From Bilabrum cf. latius (taxonomy: Eukaryota), in assembly GCA_965178125.1 (NCBI GenBank), contig OZ237748.1:124001-188000 (forward strand): DNA of 64,000 nucleotides. Reading direction: 5' to 3'. Under the pieces are notes generated by a model, which saw only the letters and a program-made list of their open reading frames with translations, made no database searches and was not told where the DNA came from. Positions 39,232 to 51,954 of this stretch are shown piece by piece. Position numbers and translations under genes: made by a program. Position 1 is the stretch's first letter. The number at the start of each line of letters is the position of its first letter.

Positions 39232-42200
39232 TCAGTTACATTCGGCAGATCGGGTCGCGGCCGCTCTTCGAACCGAAGAGATCGACACGCCGATCGTCAC
39301 CAGCTCGGCCGCGACCTGTCTCTTTAGATCATCCGAGCCCTCCCAAATGCAAAGAATAGCCTGGGCTGCCATCCTGGCCCTGTATCCAGTTGTTTGATTT
39401 TGCACGACGCCCGCGAGCACCTTGATGGCATTCTCCCACACGAGGGCTTGCTTCCTGCTGGTTACACTGCCGGCTGCCAGCCACCTCATGGCGGACGCCG
39501 CAAAGTCGCCCGCCTTGCCGCCGTCAGTCTCAACAAGGTGCAGCATCGACCCTACCGCTTCTCTGCAGTGCGCAATGGACGCTCTCATTTCGGCGCCGAT
39601 GGCCATGTAGCTCAGAGCAGCTGCCGCATTGACCACCTGCGAACCGGTCCCCGATTTCAGCTGATCGACCAGCTTAGAGATCGCGCCTGCCTCTTTGACC
39701 ACCTTCCGCCTGTGCATGGCCAAACCCGCGTCGGGCCCCCTCATGAGATTCGCCAGTGCGCCCGCAGCATGCTCTGCAAGCCGGCCCCTCGCGGCACCCA
39801 GCCGTCTCACGATCGAAGGCACGGCACCGGCATCCACGACAGACTGCTTGCACTCGCATTCGCCGCTTCCGATTCCTCTCAGGCAAGCCAGCGCAAGCTC
39901 CTCACGGTGTAGAGAACCTTCGGCCGAGGGGGCTTCGCTCTCGAAACGGTGGATGAGGAGGCCACCAAGAGCAGTAGGCATTCCGGCGCGCGCCGCTGCA
40001 ATCTGCACCGATGGCCGCCTTTCGGCCAGTGCCTGTTTCACCAGCAACAGCATCAGATCCGTCGTGTCACGGGCACTTGGGCTCATCAAAGTGCACGCTA
40101 CTTCCATCGCGGGGGTACTCCCCATGGCAATCCCAAGGGCATCAGGCGCCATTTCCTTTGCTGCTAGGATCACCTCCCTTGCTATAGCCGAAGCAGCCGC
40201 CCACTCGCCCCGCAGTGATTGTCCCCCCCCAGCTGTTGCACCCCCCCTTGCTCCATCTTTCCCCTTCCCCTTGTTGCCCAGCCCGAGCAGCTGCAGCACG
40301 GCAGGCAGCGCACCTGCCTCTACGATCGCCACGGGCACATCCGGAGATGCGGTGAATATCGTCTGCAGCGCCCACCTTGCCCTCGGTGCATCGGTGTGAC
40401 GAGTGACGATGCCTACGAGGCCCTGGACTGCGCCCGCCCGAACCACAGCCAGGGCACCTGTACCTGCTTCGCTCTTATCTGCAATCAGCCCAAGGGCCCA
40501 AGCGACATCACCTGCAATCAGTGGTTCGGCACCAGCACCAGCACTAGCACCAGCACCAGCACCAGCACCACCACCAGCACCTGAAGGGGCCCCGGCAGCG
40601 GCAGCGGCATCCGTAAGCAAGGGAACAAGAGCGGCAGGTGCATCTGCCTCGACCACAGCGGCCTTCGAGTCCGGGCAGAGGGCCAGCACGCGGATGGCAC
40701 TGATCGACTGACGCAGCAGCTGATTGCGATCCGAACTGTGATCCGATCCTTGATCCGATCCTTGATCCGATCTTAGCACGTCGACGAGCGCCGGGAGTGC
40801 ACTGGCTCCAACGATCGCCGCCCTGTTTCTGACATCCCCTGCAGCATGCTGTGCAAGGATGAACGCTGCAAGCGCGGGCGACATGCCAGCGGCATCAATG
40901 CTACCTCTGTTCTGTATCGCATGCACGATCGCCTCGAGTGCTCCGACACGAGTGGAAATCATCGCGGACATGCCCTTCCTGGCTTCAAGGAACAGCGACT
41001 GCGCAACGGGAGGCAGGTCGCTTCGCTTCTCCACTCCCGATCCCACCCTGATGTGCCACATGATGGCGGCCAAACCGGCAATCTGGCCGAACCCTCCACC
41101 AATTTCTTGCATAATGTCCCTGATGGCTTTAGATACGCGCCCGTGTGCGGCCTTGTTATCACCTCCTACTAGCAGCTCGATGTCCTTGATGCTCACCCCT
41201 TCGGGCACGGGGATCCGGCAGCGCGAGGCGACACCCGGGCGTGCGGATGGGCAGCTTTGACCACCAGCACCACCGTGAGGTGCGTCTTCGTCTGAACCGC
41301 GGCTGGGACCGCTGCCAGTTTGACCACCCCAGCCAGTTTGTCCATCCCGTGGTCCGGACGGGGGAGTTGCGCGGCCGCTGGCACCACCTTGCGCGGCGCC
41401 CGACCCAGCAGGTTCCGCAGGAGCGCCGCTGCCCCATGCCGCGGGTACAGCGGGCTGTGCCCGACCGCAGACCTACCGGAGCAGCTCAACGGCTTTGTGC
41501 ACCTCCATCCGCTTGCCCGCGTCTGCCTGCAGCAACCCGCCGAGGATTCTGCGGAGCCAGGCCGGTCGGAAGGACAGGATGGCATTCCCGGCGAACGTTC
41601 CCTCCAGCGAAGCAACCGCGCTCTGCCTATTCCCAAGGGCTGGTACCGTGCCGTTGTGCAGCTCAGCAGGGTACTAGTCCCCGAACGGGTGCTGCCCTCC
41701 GGTGGCCAGCTCATGCAGCAGCACACCCAGCTCCCACGACGCCTGCTTGCCGTAGGGAACAAAGGACTCAGCACTGTCCCCAGTCTGGTCTATGTACAAC
41801 CCATCCAGGACCTCAGGCGCGAGGTGTGCCTGGTTCCCGCCTAGTCCTAGCCCGCCTTCTCTAGCGAGGTCACTGTACTTCACACTGTCAAGTGCTTCCG
41901 AGATGGCCTGTTCTCGCTCGTCTGCGTGAGGCGACATGTAGTCGGCGCCTCCCGCCCTGCATGCATCACGAACGTTCGTATCAATCGAACAACCTAGGTC
42001 GATCAGCACCGCCCGCCCCGCCCCCTCCGGACCCCCCTTCGAGTCCCACATCACGTTGTCCAGCTTGAGGTCACGGTGCACCACCCCGTGCTGCAGCAGG
42101 TGATGCACGCCCTCCGCGATATCGCACCCCAGTGCGGCCACGCTATCATCGTCAAAATCAGTACCTGTTTCTCTTTGCCGCCGGGCCATGCGCTCTTCTA

Positions 42201-42795
42201 GCGTGGTTTCGAGCATCTCCAATCCGATGATGCGCGCGTCGCGCGGGACGCTGGCTGCCGTCGATCCGTCTGCTGCTCCGGTTGCATCGGCGCCTCTTGA
42301 TCTACCTTCCTCGCATACAAGATCTGGCGATGGAAGCAAGTCAACCATCCACATTGGCGGCTTGGTGATGCATTCGAACACGACCCGAACGATGTTCCGG
42401 TGCTCTGGAATGTTCACGAGAGTGTCGAATTCTTTCTCCGTCTCCTTAGCCAAGACGGCTGATGTTGCCAATCCGTAATTGAAAGTTGCTTTGACTGCTA
42501 CCACGACTTTCTCATTAAGTAAGGCGGCCGATGAGCAGCTTGTTGGATTCAGCTCTGCCCGAGCAACGATGCCCATGCTGCCATGGCCCAGCAGTGCTCG
42601 ATCGCTAGGCTTTTGAAGGCCAGTAATAAACTCAGCAGCCAATGTTCTTGCTTGGCGAGGATCCTCGCGATTTATTCGTGTGATTGATTTGAGAAGCTGC
42701 AGCCGTCGGGGGAGCTCCGGGATGCAGAACTGGCTGCTCGCACCACTGGTATCACCAGTTGCTGAGCTCCCGGCGCCGCTGGAAGGACCAGGCAT
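39232..42795 (-). CDS. Ser/Thr protein kinase (PINK1-like motifs) fused to armadillo repeats
   Basis: GHGSMG, VAVKATFNYG, HRNIVRV, HRDLKLDNVM, IDLGC, GGNQAHLAPEV and LLQADAGKRM (subdomain XI, located after TAG 41674). A second TAG at 41473 leads into ARM repeats (VVEADAPAALVPLL, VVDAGAVPSIVRRL, HAAGALANL). Ends in TGA. Confidence 0.8.
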
Positions 42796-43016
42796 GATGA
42801 AGCGTGCACGCTGTAATAGCCTGAGTGGACGTCCGACGATGCGGCAGTCTGCAGTGTGGGTGAAGCTGTCTTTGCCCGTGCTACTTTATGTCTTCATCTT
42901 CACATTTCTGGGTTGACCGGCCTTTGCCTTGGGTAGACCTATGTGCCCCTCTGCTGGCATGAAACCGTGTGCATGACACTTTATCTTCACTAGGGTCTAC
43001 TAAAACTATAAATCAA

Positions 43017-43912
43017 TCATTTCTTCTTCTTCTTCTTGCCATCATCTGCCTCCGGCTTGGGCATCCTGGCGGCAATCTCGGCATCAGCGAGCAGCTTGCT
43101 CACATACTCCCCGTATCTCACAAACCCGCTGTCGGACGGATCCGCAGCCTCGATCAACCGGTCCACCACGTCAGGGTCCTATGGAAATGCCCCCAGCCTG
43201 GTCAGTGCTAGCCTAAGTTCCGCGACAGGCACCATCCCCGTGCCCTCTTTGTCAAACACGGCAAACGCCTCTTCCACAGCTGTGGGCGTGTCGAACCTCG
43301 TGTATATTCTCGCTAGTATTGCTAGGTATTGCTCCTGGGTGACCCGCGCTCCGCTCGCGTCACCCACTCCTGCTCCGGTCGATGCGCCTGCATCGGGGGC
43401 TGCTCGCCGTGCACCATTCACGTAATAATCGAGTTCCTCCTGCGAGACAAGCGAGTGCGATCGATTGGTTTATATAGTAAATGCGTAGTTTGAGTGTATG
43501 CGAGCGGTTCATAACTCGCGCAGGGGTTTGGAGTGCAGTGCGTGGCAGTGCAACTTCAATGGCCAATCCAAGCTAGAAGTGCCTATTGTCGTCACGAAGT
43601 CACATATGCACACACCATACGATGTGCATACTTCATATTGCAGCAAGTTGACCAGTACAAACTCACCTCTGTCGGTTCATAGCCTAGCGATCGAAGCATT
43701 GGCCCAATATCCCGAACGCCTACTACTCCAGTTCCACCGTTGTCATACTCGTGAAACACAACCATCGCCTCCTCCAGTCTTGGCCTTGGGAGCACCGTTG
43801 CTGGGGGCCAAGGGTCTTCCTTCCAGTGCGGTGGCGGCGGCGGTCCCTTCGGCTTTTCTTCGTCCTCATCAGCCGCACCCTTCCCTTTGCCTTTGCTTTT
43901 CGCAGCTGCCAT
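43017..43912 (-). CDS. Calmodulin/myosin-light-chain-like EF-hand protein, 2 exons: 43912-43667 and 43439-43017
   Basis: FHEYDNGGTGVV..IGPMLRSLGYEPTE|EELD and AFAVFDKEGTGMVPVAELR. TAG at 43179 is followed by the last EF-hand ADPSDSGFVRYGEYV. Ends in TGA. Confidence 0.88.
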
Positions 43913-44448
43913 CCTATCTATTGAATGCACGTACGAAACCAAGTTTACACAACTTGGTAGCCAGAAATTATTTCCGAAGCGCTTACACAGCCGATATGGC
44001 TGGTCTAATTCGCGCAGTTGCTTTTTGTGCAACGGATGGTGGCGCCGCGCATTGAATCGCGGAACCACCATGCACGCACAGGGACGGAGCCCCACTTCGG
44101 CAACGCAAATGCAAGTTAATGGTGCTTGTGTGCCGAAACAGAGATGAATGCGCATGCGCTACGATGGGGCCATGCCCCCCTCTAACGTTGTAGTGGCTTG
44201 GTCTGCATGCACGTGATGATCTAAGAGGTCGAACACTAGCTGGGAATCCGGTAGTGCACATGCCGCTCGGTCATTCAATCATCACGTGGTGCGCGCTCAG
44301 ATGCCGCGCACGGCGCTTCATCAATATGCACCGCTCTCATATTGCACGCAAGGCAACCCACGTCTCCCCCTCCCCCCCACCCCAAACACCACAGCAAAAC
44401 CGAGCATGCAGCCACAGCCAGTCCCTCCCCCATCCAATCTCGCACCGC

Positions 44449-45005
44449 TTAGTGCTCGTGGCTGTGGCGCCAATCGACCAGCTTCTTCATGTCCTCCTCG
44501 CTGACGTTGTACTTGCCCACGATGGACTGAAGCTCGGACAGCTCCTTGGCCTGGACGGCCTTGGCGGCGTCTGCGTCGCCGGTATCGGCCTGGTCCTTCA
44601 TCTTCTTGAGGATCTTGCGGAGGAGGCCCTCCTCCTGCTTGTTGAAGTACGCCTTCTGCGATTATTATAAACGTCATCAGATGGATATTCTACTTTGTTG
44701 TACCGGTCATACTGAGTAGCGATCATGCGCTCGTGGGAATGCTTCTGTTCTAGCTCGTGGCCCTGACAGCAACCTTATCTTCGTATAGCAGCAACCCTTG
44801 GTTGTACAGTACATTTAAACTGCTTGGAAAATACACCGCATGCCTGGTATGTACCATATATGGCTGCACGAACTAGCAATCTTACCTCCATCGCGCGCTC
44901 GCGGTCGTGCATGGAGACCATCGTTCGCGTGGCCGAGGCAACTGCAAACCTGGCACGAGGAATCACTGACCGAGAGCGAATGACAACTGCGCGAAACGCC
45001 TGCAT
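44449..45005 (-). CDS. Mitochondrial F1Fo-ATPase inhibitor (IF1)-like protein, 2 exons: 45005-44886 and 44655-44449
   Basis: Presequence MQAFRAVVIRSRS, then HDRERAME|KAYFNKQEEGLLRKILKKM...SIVGKYNVSEEDMKKLVDWRH. Intron is gtaag...cgcag. Ends in TAA. The ORF track misses exon 2. Confidence 0.75.
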
Positions 45006-46144
45006 AGTGTATATAGGTCTTTGAATGTACTTTCCTCGGTTGACAAGCAGCAGACGTCTCTAAATCACATTTGTGTAATGTTGCGAGCGGTTTGAAGGAG
45101 AAACGAACTCCGCGAATCACATCAAATTGCTGCGCCAACAGCATTCAATGGCAACGGTAAGGCATCAATTATTCTAATCTAGCACACGCAGTGCCTCATG
45201 TCCGAGATTGAATGTGGCTTTGTGGCATTTTCACTTCGAATCTGTCGAAGAAGATGCTTCTCGGTATCATGTATATTTGTGTCTTTCTGACTGCGGTCGA
45301 TCTGTGTTGGATTCCGTATCTGCTAGAAACGTACGCTTTTGCACAGTGGGATCCCTCCGGTGGCATATTACGGCGTTACATGTATTACTGTGGATCGAAG
45401 CTTGGCAGCATTGCGAACAGTGGCACATCATTCGATCGTCGAGCTCGGTCAAGGTATTTTGCAAATGCATGCGTGATAACCTATATATTTGCATGAACTG
45501 TGCACTTGGCGCATTGCCCGTTCGTCCCTTGGTGCGTGACCGCGGCGAGCTTGCAGTGCCACGTAGCCAGCTCTGCAGTTTGGACGAGCCGAAGGAGCAC
45601 TTGCCCTGGCACCCAGCGCTTAATTGCTGGTATGTATCTAAAACCGCTGGAGATTTTGTTTTATCTGCTGGGTGGCTCTCCACCCGATTGGTACCTTCTT
45701 TGGAAGTTTCGTTCTCCGGTCCGGACCGATCCGGGTGTGCTCCCTCCTATGCCAGTGGTGCAACTCGCTGGCCGGGTCAGCCGTGCAGCAAGGGACGGGG
45801 GGAACGGAAGAAACCTGACGGGCAGCTGAGCGCCAGTATTTAATTGCTGATGTATTGTAATCGATTTTGTTTGCTTGGACTCCATCAGATGGCACCGGCT
45901 GCACCGATGCAGCTCGCTTCCCTCCGTCGGTGCCTCGCGCGCGGGAGGCGCCTGTTGCGCGCTGCAATGCAATGGAATGCATTGCAACTCGCTGCACAGC
46001 GGACCATGTTTGGTCCACCAAGCTGCCAATCGATTCTAGATTTGTCACTGGTAATCCTCTGCTCGCACCGCCTCTCACTCACTTACTCTCCATTTAGCTG
46101 CTTTCATCTTTCTCTCGCAGAAACACTCGTCACAGGGACTGGAG

Positions 46145-49100
46145 ATGCCAAAGACCGGGGGAGGCATATCGACCATGACCCGCCTGACGTCACAGGGAGT
46201 CATGGACGCGAGCGGGTCATCATCGGACGGCGGCGGTGCTGGAGTCAACAGGGGCTTTGTGCAGAAGCAGGCAGGCAGCAGCGGAGGCACGGCGGACGCT
46301 GGCCTCGACACGATCAGGGGGGTGTTCCTGCCGTGCCTGCAGAACATCCTGGGGGTGCTGCTGTTCATCCGGTGAGGCGGTGGTGTGACGAGTGAATCGC
46401 CCGTCGCTCGGGTCGTCGGGTCGTCCGCTCCCCACGTCTCACGCCCCCTCATTTCAACGTAGATGATCCGTCCCCTTCTGACCTTAGCTGCACCCTCATA
46501 CTTGTTCCTTGCTTTTATAATTTCGCCACCAATTGTTTCCTTCCATGTTTTCTTATTTCGCCATCATATTTTTCCTTCTCAGGTTCGGCTGGGTCGCTGG
46601 ACAGGCGGGCGTGGTGCTAAGCTCCTTGATCATCGTGCTGTGCGTCAGCACCACTTTGCCCACCGCCCTGTCCATGACAGCGGTTGCAACCAACGGGAAG
46701 GTGGGCGGCGGAGGCGGGTACTTTATCGTATCCCGGAACATGGGCGCGGCGGCTGGGGGTGCCATCGGGTTTCTGTTCTATCTGGGCACCAGCGTGGCGG
46801 TGTGGTGAGTGTCTGGCCATTCCAGCCGATTCGTGCGATGCATGCGATCCGTGCGATGCACGCGATGCATGCGATGCACACCACAGCATCTTTACGCTGC
46901 ATTCATGCCCATCGACCACTCGTCATGCGATTCCGTCCAATGCTCATCACACCCATTACCACCCTCGCTCGTCACACCGCAGCATGTACACCCTGGGCGC
47001 CGTGGAGACGTTCCAGAAGGGCTTCGGGTTCGAAGACATGTTCCCATTCGACAGGCAGCTGATCGGGATCGGCGTGGTGCTGGTGCTGGCGTCCCTAGTT
47101 TACGTGGGCGTGGAAATGGTGAACCGAGTCGCTTCGCTGTTCTTGCTGGTGGTCATAGTGGCCATCGTGCTGGGGCTAGGGGGTCTGATCGCCTTCGCGG
47201 CTGGAAGCGACCACGGAGCCACTGGGGACGTGGGCAAAGCCGATGAAATCGCGGTCGGACCGGACTATTCCGAAGATCCCGACACTGGAATCACGCCCAC
47301 GTTCCAGCTGCTTGTGGGGATCGTATATCCGGCAACCACGGGCATCATGGCGGGTGCCAACAGGTCTGGCCTGCTGGCAGACCCGTCTGTTGCGATCCCC
47401 TACGGCACCATCGGTGCGATCGCCGTCACGTTCGTCATTTACATCGCCACACTCGTCATGTTTGGATCTCTCGTCGACCGGCAGACACTCCTGAGCAACA
47501 AGCTGGTCTTCGCATCGGTGGCATACCCCATCGACACCGTGGTGCAGGTTGGAATCCTCATGTCAAGCATCGGCGCAGGGCTGCAGTCGCTTGTGGGTGC
47601 CCCGCAGCTGCTGGCAGTGATGCTAAAGGATGACGTGCTTCCATTCGTGCACACGGGGAGACATCTCCTCCAGTGGTGCGGGGCCCATTGCTGCTGCCGT
47701 AGCTGCTGCTGTGGCGGAGGCGGAGGAGCTGGCGGTGTATTGGATAACGATTCCGAGTCTTCGGGCGGACCCCCCGGGGATGGATCAGGAGCCGCATCGG
47801 CGGCGGGCGGCGGCAGCCGCGAGGTGCCGGGGACTTCCGGCTCCGGATCACCGGACCAGACCACGGGGGCGTATGGCCTCCCAGTGCCCGCCAAGTCGAG
47901 ACCCTGCGTGGACGAAACCGCAGAGGAACGGGCCGAGCTGGTCCTTGCCCGGGCCAGGGCGCGCGCCCGGGCGCAGACAGAGGCCAAGGCCGCCGCCAGC
48001 ACTCGTCACACCGCCACGGTGATGACGGCGGCAGATGCAGCGGAGGAGGAGGACATGGATCGGACGGAGCTGGCCATCTCCAGGCCCGCTTCCTCGGATA
48101 GGCTCGTGGCGCAGGGAAACGCAAAGACCAGCACCAGCACCAGCACCAGTCGCAGGTCGATCAGAGAAACCGGAACTGTCCGCCGCACCCGCACGCCCAC
48201 CCCCACCCAGCACTCTGGGGGCGAGCCCTCGGAGGAGGAGCAGGCCGTCCTGGCCGCAGTGGAGGCAGAGGCAAACAAGGAGAGGGAGGGGGGCACGGCG
48301 GGCTTCACCGAGCTGGCCATCACCGCAGGAATCGCGGCGTGCTGCTGCCTCGCTGGAAACCTGGACGTGATCACCCCCATTCAGACCGAGTTTTTCCTCA
48401 TGTTCTACCTGAGCATCAACCTCGCCACTTTGGTGCTGACCCTGTACCCCACCCCCAACTGGCGGCCCACAACACCCGCCCACTGGGCCGTCAGTCTGCT
48501 TGGGGTGATCACGTGCTCGGTGGTCATGGCTCTGGTCTCCTGGTGGCAGGCACTTCTAGCGGCAGCGATGGCAACGGGCCTCTATTTCTGGATCTCGGCC
48601 GAGGACCAGTCCAGCGAATGGGGCGAATGGGGAAGCACCATGGACTCTGTGCTGCTGGGGAGGGCCCATTCCGCCCTGGTTGCGCTGCGAGACAAGAACT
48701 TCACTCCCAAGTCTTGGAGGCCGCAGCTGCTAATCCTTGCAGAGTCGGATGAGGGTGGTATCCCAAGGCGACCGGAGCTCCTGGAGCTCGGAGGTTAGTT
48801 GAGCAAAGGCAGAGGACTGACCATGTGCGCCACGGTGCAGAGAGGTCGCCTCCTGACCGTGCTGTCTCAGGAGAGGGACAGGTTGAGGGAGATGCGGCGG
48901 GCTGCCAAGGACAGGGCGGTGGAGAGAGCCCAGGAACTAGCAATGCAGAGGGGTGTGGTGCTCAGCGATTCCGCCATCGCCCGCGTGAGGACGAGTGCCG
49001 CGAGCCGGCTGGCTTTGCACGAGTACGATACTGCCATCGGGGCGAAGCAGCGACGGCTTGTAGCTGCCATGGAGGTGTGCGGCGTGTAGGGCGGGTTTGG

Positions 49101-50946
49101 CCAGGTGCTGTTCAACGAGACGCCGTTGGGCGGCATGCTGGACGTGTTCCAGTCGGCCGGGATGGGTCCTCTGAAGCCCAACACGGCGCTGTTCGGCTGG
49201 CCCCGCCGGTGGAGACAGGATTTCGACAAGGCCGCTAGGTTCGTGGAGCTCCTCAAAACCGCCCTGAGGATGAAACTGACGGTGCTGGTGCTCAAGATCG
49301 CCGGCGAGGACGGGATCCGTCTCTCACCCGCTGGAGCAGCCGCGGAACTGGCAGCAGCCGCCTCGGACCCTCGCCTGGAAATGGACCTCGAAGACGCCCC
49401 CGAGGTGCCGGGGCAGTCCATGGCGGACAAGGTACGGGCCGCCGACCGGTTCGCGTGGGATCCGGAATATTTAAAGGAGTTGGCGGAGGAGGGGAGGGAG
49501 AGGACGGGCAGGCGATCGAGGGAGACAGCCGATCGATCCGCGCGGATCGTGAGCGACGGTGGCCAATCCGGTGGCGGTTCGGGGAGTACTACTCCCCATG
49601 TGACAGCGGCCGAGGTCAGGTTCGAGCAGCCGGTGGGTCTGTATGCCGAGAGAACAATTGACGTGTACTGGCTGATGGCGGATTCGGGCGCGCTGTTCCT
49701 GCTACCCTTCCTGCTGCTGCAGCACCGGCTCTGGCGTGGTGCCAGGCTTCGGGTCTTTGCCGTGGACAGTGGGGTGAGCGCACAGAGGGCGGGGATCGAG
49801 AAATGGCTCAGACAGGCCCGGATCCCGGCAGAACTCTTTACCATCGACGTGGACGCGGAAGTTGTCGATGAGGCGAACGCGGGTCGGACCATGCTGGCGG
49901 GGGGCAGCGACGCAAAGGCGCTTCAGGAAGCCAGCCGGCAGCTCGCGAGGGGTGCGGATGAGGACGCCGTGGAGAGGGCGGCGGCGGCCGCGGCTGCTTC
50001 CGCGGCGGGGGGCTCGGATGGTGTGACGAGTGCCGGGGTGCACGGGGGCGTGGTGGGTACCTCTGGTGGCATCGGTGCTGGTGCTGGTGGGGGTGACGAG
50101 GAGGAAAGGGGTGGTTCCGCGGCGGATCGCAACACGTACACGATGATGGTGGGGCGAGGGGGGCGGAGGAACAGGGCCAGGGCGAGGGGGGCTTCCAGGA
50201 GGCAGTCGGCGCTGGACCTGTTCGGTGATGTGACGAGTGGGGGTGGTGGTGCGGGTGTGACGAGTGACGGCGGTGGCGCTGGCAAGCCGGTGGACTACTC
50301 CATGGTGAATGCAACCGTGGTGGAGGATGAGGAAGAGGAGGAGGAGGATGAGGAGAATGGGAGTGGGGCCAAGAACGGCGCCAAAGACAAGATTCACGAA
50401 GGTGATGGTGATGATAATCGCAATGGCAATGGCGAAAAAGCGGCGGAGAAGCACCGGCACCTGACCCACGGGGGCGACGGCGGCGACGACGAGGAGGAAG
50501 ATGTGATGAGTCCGGCCAAGAGGCGAGCCACGGTGAGGGACATCGGGGCCATGCGGGATGGTGTGACGAGTGGGGCGGCAGCCGCCGTTGGGTCAGCGAT
50601 TCAGGGCGCATCTTCGGCCTCCGCTGGCGCAGGTGCTACGGCGGGTGCTTCGGCGCATCACGAGTCCAAGCTCGATGCAGACGTGGACTAGGATGAGGAC
50701 GAGGACGAGGAGGGCGATGGTCCTGGCATGACTCGAGACCAGGCGTTCCTGTACTCGGCCGCGGTGCTAAACCGGAAGATCAAGGAGTATAGCTCCGACG
50801 CCGCGCTGGTGGTCGCAAACATGGCGCTGACCCGCGGGATCGGGGCGAAGGAGTTCATGGAGTACACGGAGGTTTTCACGAGGGGGATCAGGAGGGTGCT
50901 GCTGGTGAGATCCACGGGGTCGGAGGTCATCACCGTGTATGCATGA
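46145..50946 (+). CDS. Cation-chloride cotransporter (SLC12/KCC-CCC1-like); introns 46372-46582 and 46805-46982, possible extra 5' exon ending at 46050
   Basis: GVFLPCLQNILGVLLFIR|FGW, ATNGKVGGGGGYFIVSR, YPATTGIMAGANRSG, KSWRPQLL, QSAGMGPLKPNT, IDVYWL and AVLNRKIKEYSSDAALVVANM..RVLLVRSTGSEVITVYA followed by TGA. In-frame TAGs at 48796, 49087 and 50689. Confidence 0.93.
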
Positions 50947-51128
50947 TCATGTGTTTTGATGTTTTTTGTACACTTTTGGGTCTGTACAGTCGGTCCGCGG
51001 GAAAGAAGTAGGTAGATCTAGAGTGGCCGGATTTGTCTGCACACATTCAGCTCAAGCATTGCACACATCTTGCCACTTCCTCCGCTACAGCTCCAGCACC
51101 AGCGCACGTGACGGCTTCATCCACTCGT

Positions 51129-51575
51129 TCACACGGCCTCGGCCACCTGATGCTCTTCCTTCACATCGACCGCCTTGTCGTCCTTCTTGGCAATCCCTGC
51201 CTTGGTGTTCCTGCATAGAGCTATGAAGAAGTAGGCGGCTGCTCCCACCATGACGGCAATGACGACGACCAGCACCACTACCACGATGATGATGACTATG
51301 CTGCCCCCTCAGTCGTCGTCATCCTCGTCCGTAGAAGGAGCCACAGCCTCCTCCACTGGCAGGTCCTCTTCTTGTACAGTGACCTCCGCGGCAGTACTGG
51401 TGGTATCAACCGCCAGAAGCTGTGCTAGCTCGGCGGGTGCAGCCATCCTGAGCACCTCCACAAGCGTATCATCTTCGGACGTGGTCATATTGCCCCGCAG
51501 GAAGTCCAGGATGTCCTGCCTCGTCTGCTCCACGTCGGTGCGCTCCAGCGGAATAGTCACGGTGAAATCCAACGC
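51129..51575 (-). pseudogene. 3' fragment of a type I membrane protein resembling the C-terminus of the 58651-63628 protein
   Basis: DFTVTIP...EVTVQEE...DEDDDD(TGA 51309)GGSIVIIIVVVVLVVVIAVMVGAAAYFF...VAEAV(TGA). No convincing 5' part. Confidence 0.6.
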
Positions 51576-51576
51576 C

Positions 51577-51954
51577 GGCGCCTCGCACCTCAAGGCGGAT
51601 GGGGCTTGGTTGGCGGGCAGCATTTGGTCCGGGGCTACGCTCGACGGCGCTGACCTGAAGGGGGCAGATCTATCCGGAGCCGATTTCACCGGGGCCAGTC
51701 TGCGCGGCGCGACGCTGGACGGGGCTGATCTCAGCGGTTGCAACCTCGCGGGGGCGCAGCTGCAGGATGCATCGCTCGTGGGGGCGGACCTGACCGGTTG
51801 CAACCTCACGGGAGCGTCCGTCGTGGGCGCGGATGTTTCGGAGGCGGTGCTTGGAGCAGTTGGTGTGACGAGTGAGGCGGCCTTGGAGTGTGCGATCGGC
51901 CGGCAGCCTTCTTCCCATGCTAGCGCCGCCGGTGCCGCCGCTGGCAGAGCGTAA
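51577..51954 (+). CDS. Pentapeptide-repeat protein fragment, 5' end not evident
   Basis: A(D/N/T)LxG repeats: ATLDG ADLKG ADLSG ADFTG ASLRG ATLDG ADLSG CNLAG AQLQD ASLVG ADLTG. Ends in TAA. Confidence 0.7.
   Translation, partial: GASHLKADGAWLAGSIWSGATLDGADLKGADLSGADFTGASLRGATLDGADLSGCNLAGAQLQDASLVGADLTGCNLTGASVVGADVSEAVLGAVGVTSEAALECAIGRQPSSHASAAGAAAGRA

Noticed and set aside
21226-42888. TAA also reassigned (in-frame TAA at 21226, 20875 and 42886)
   Set aside because: The first two can fall inside plausible introns, and the third lies upstream of the kinase ATG in non-conserved sequence. TAA terminates the IF1-like and adhesin genes.
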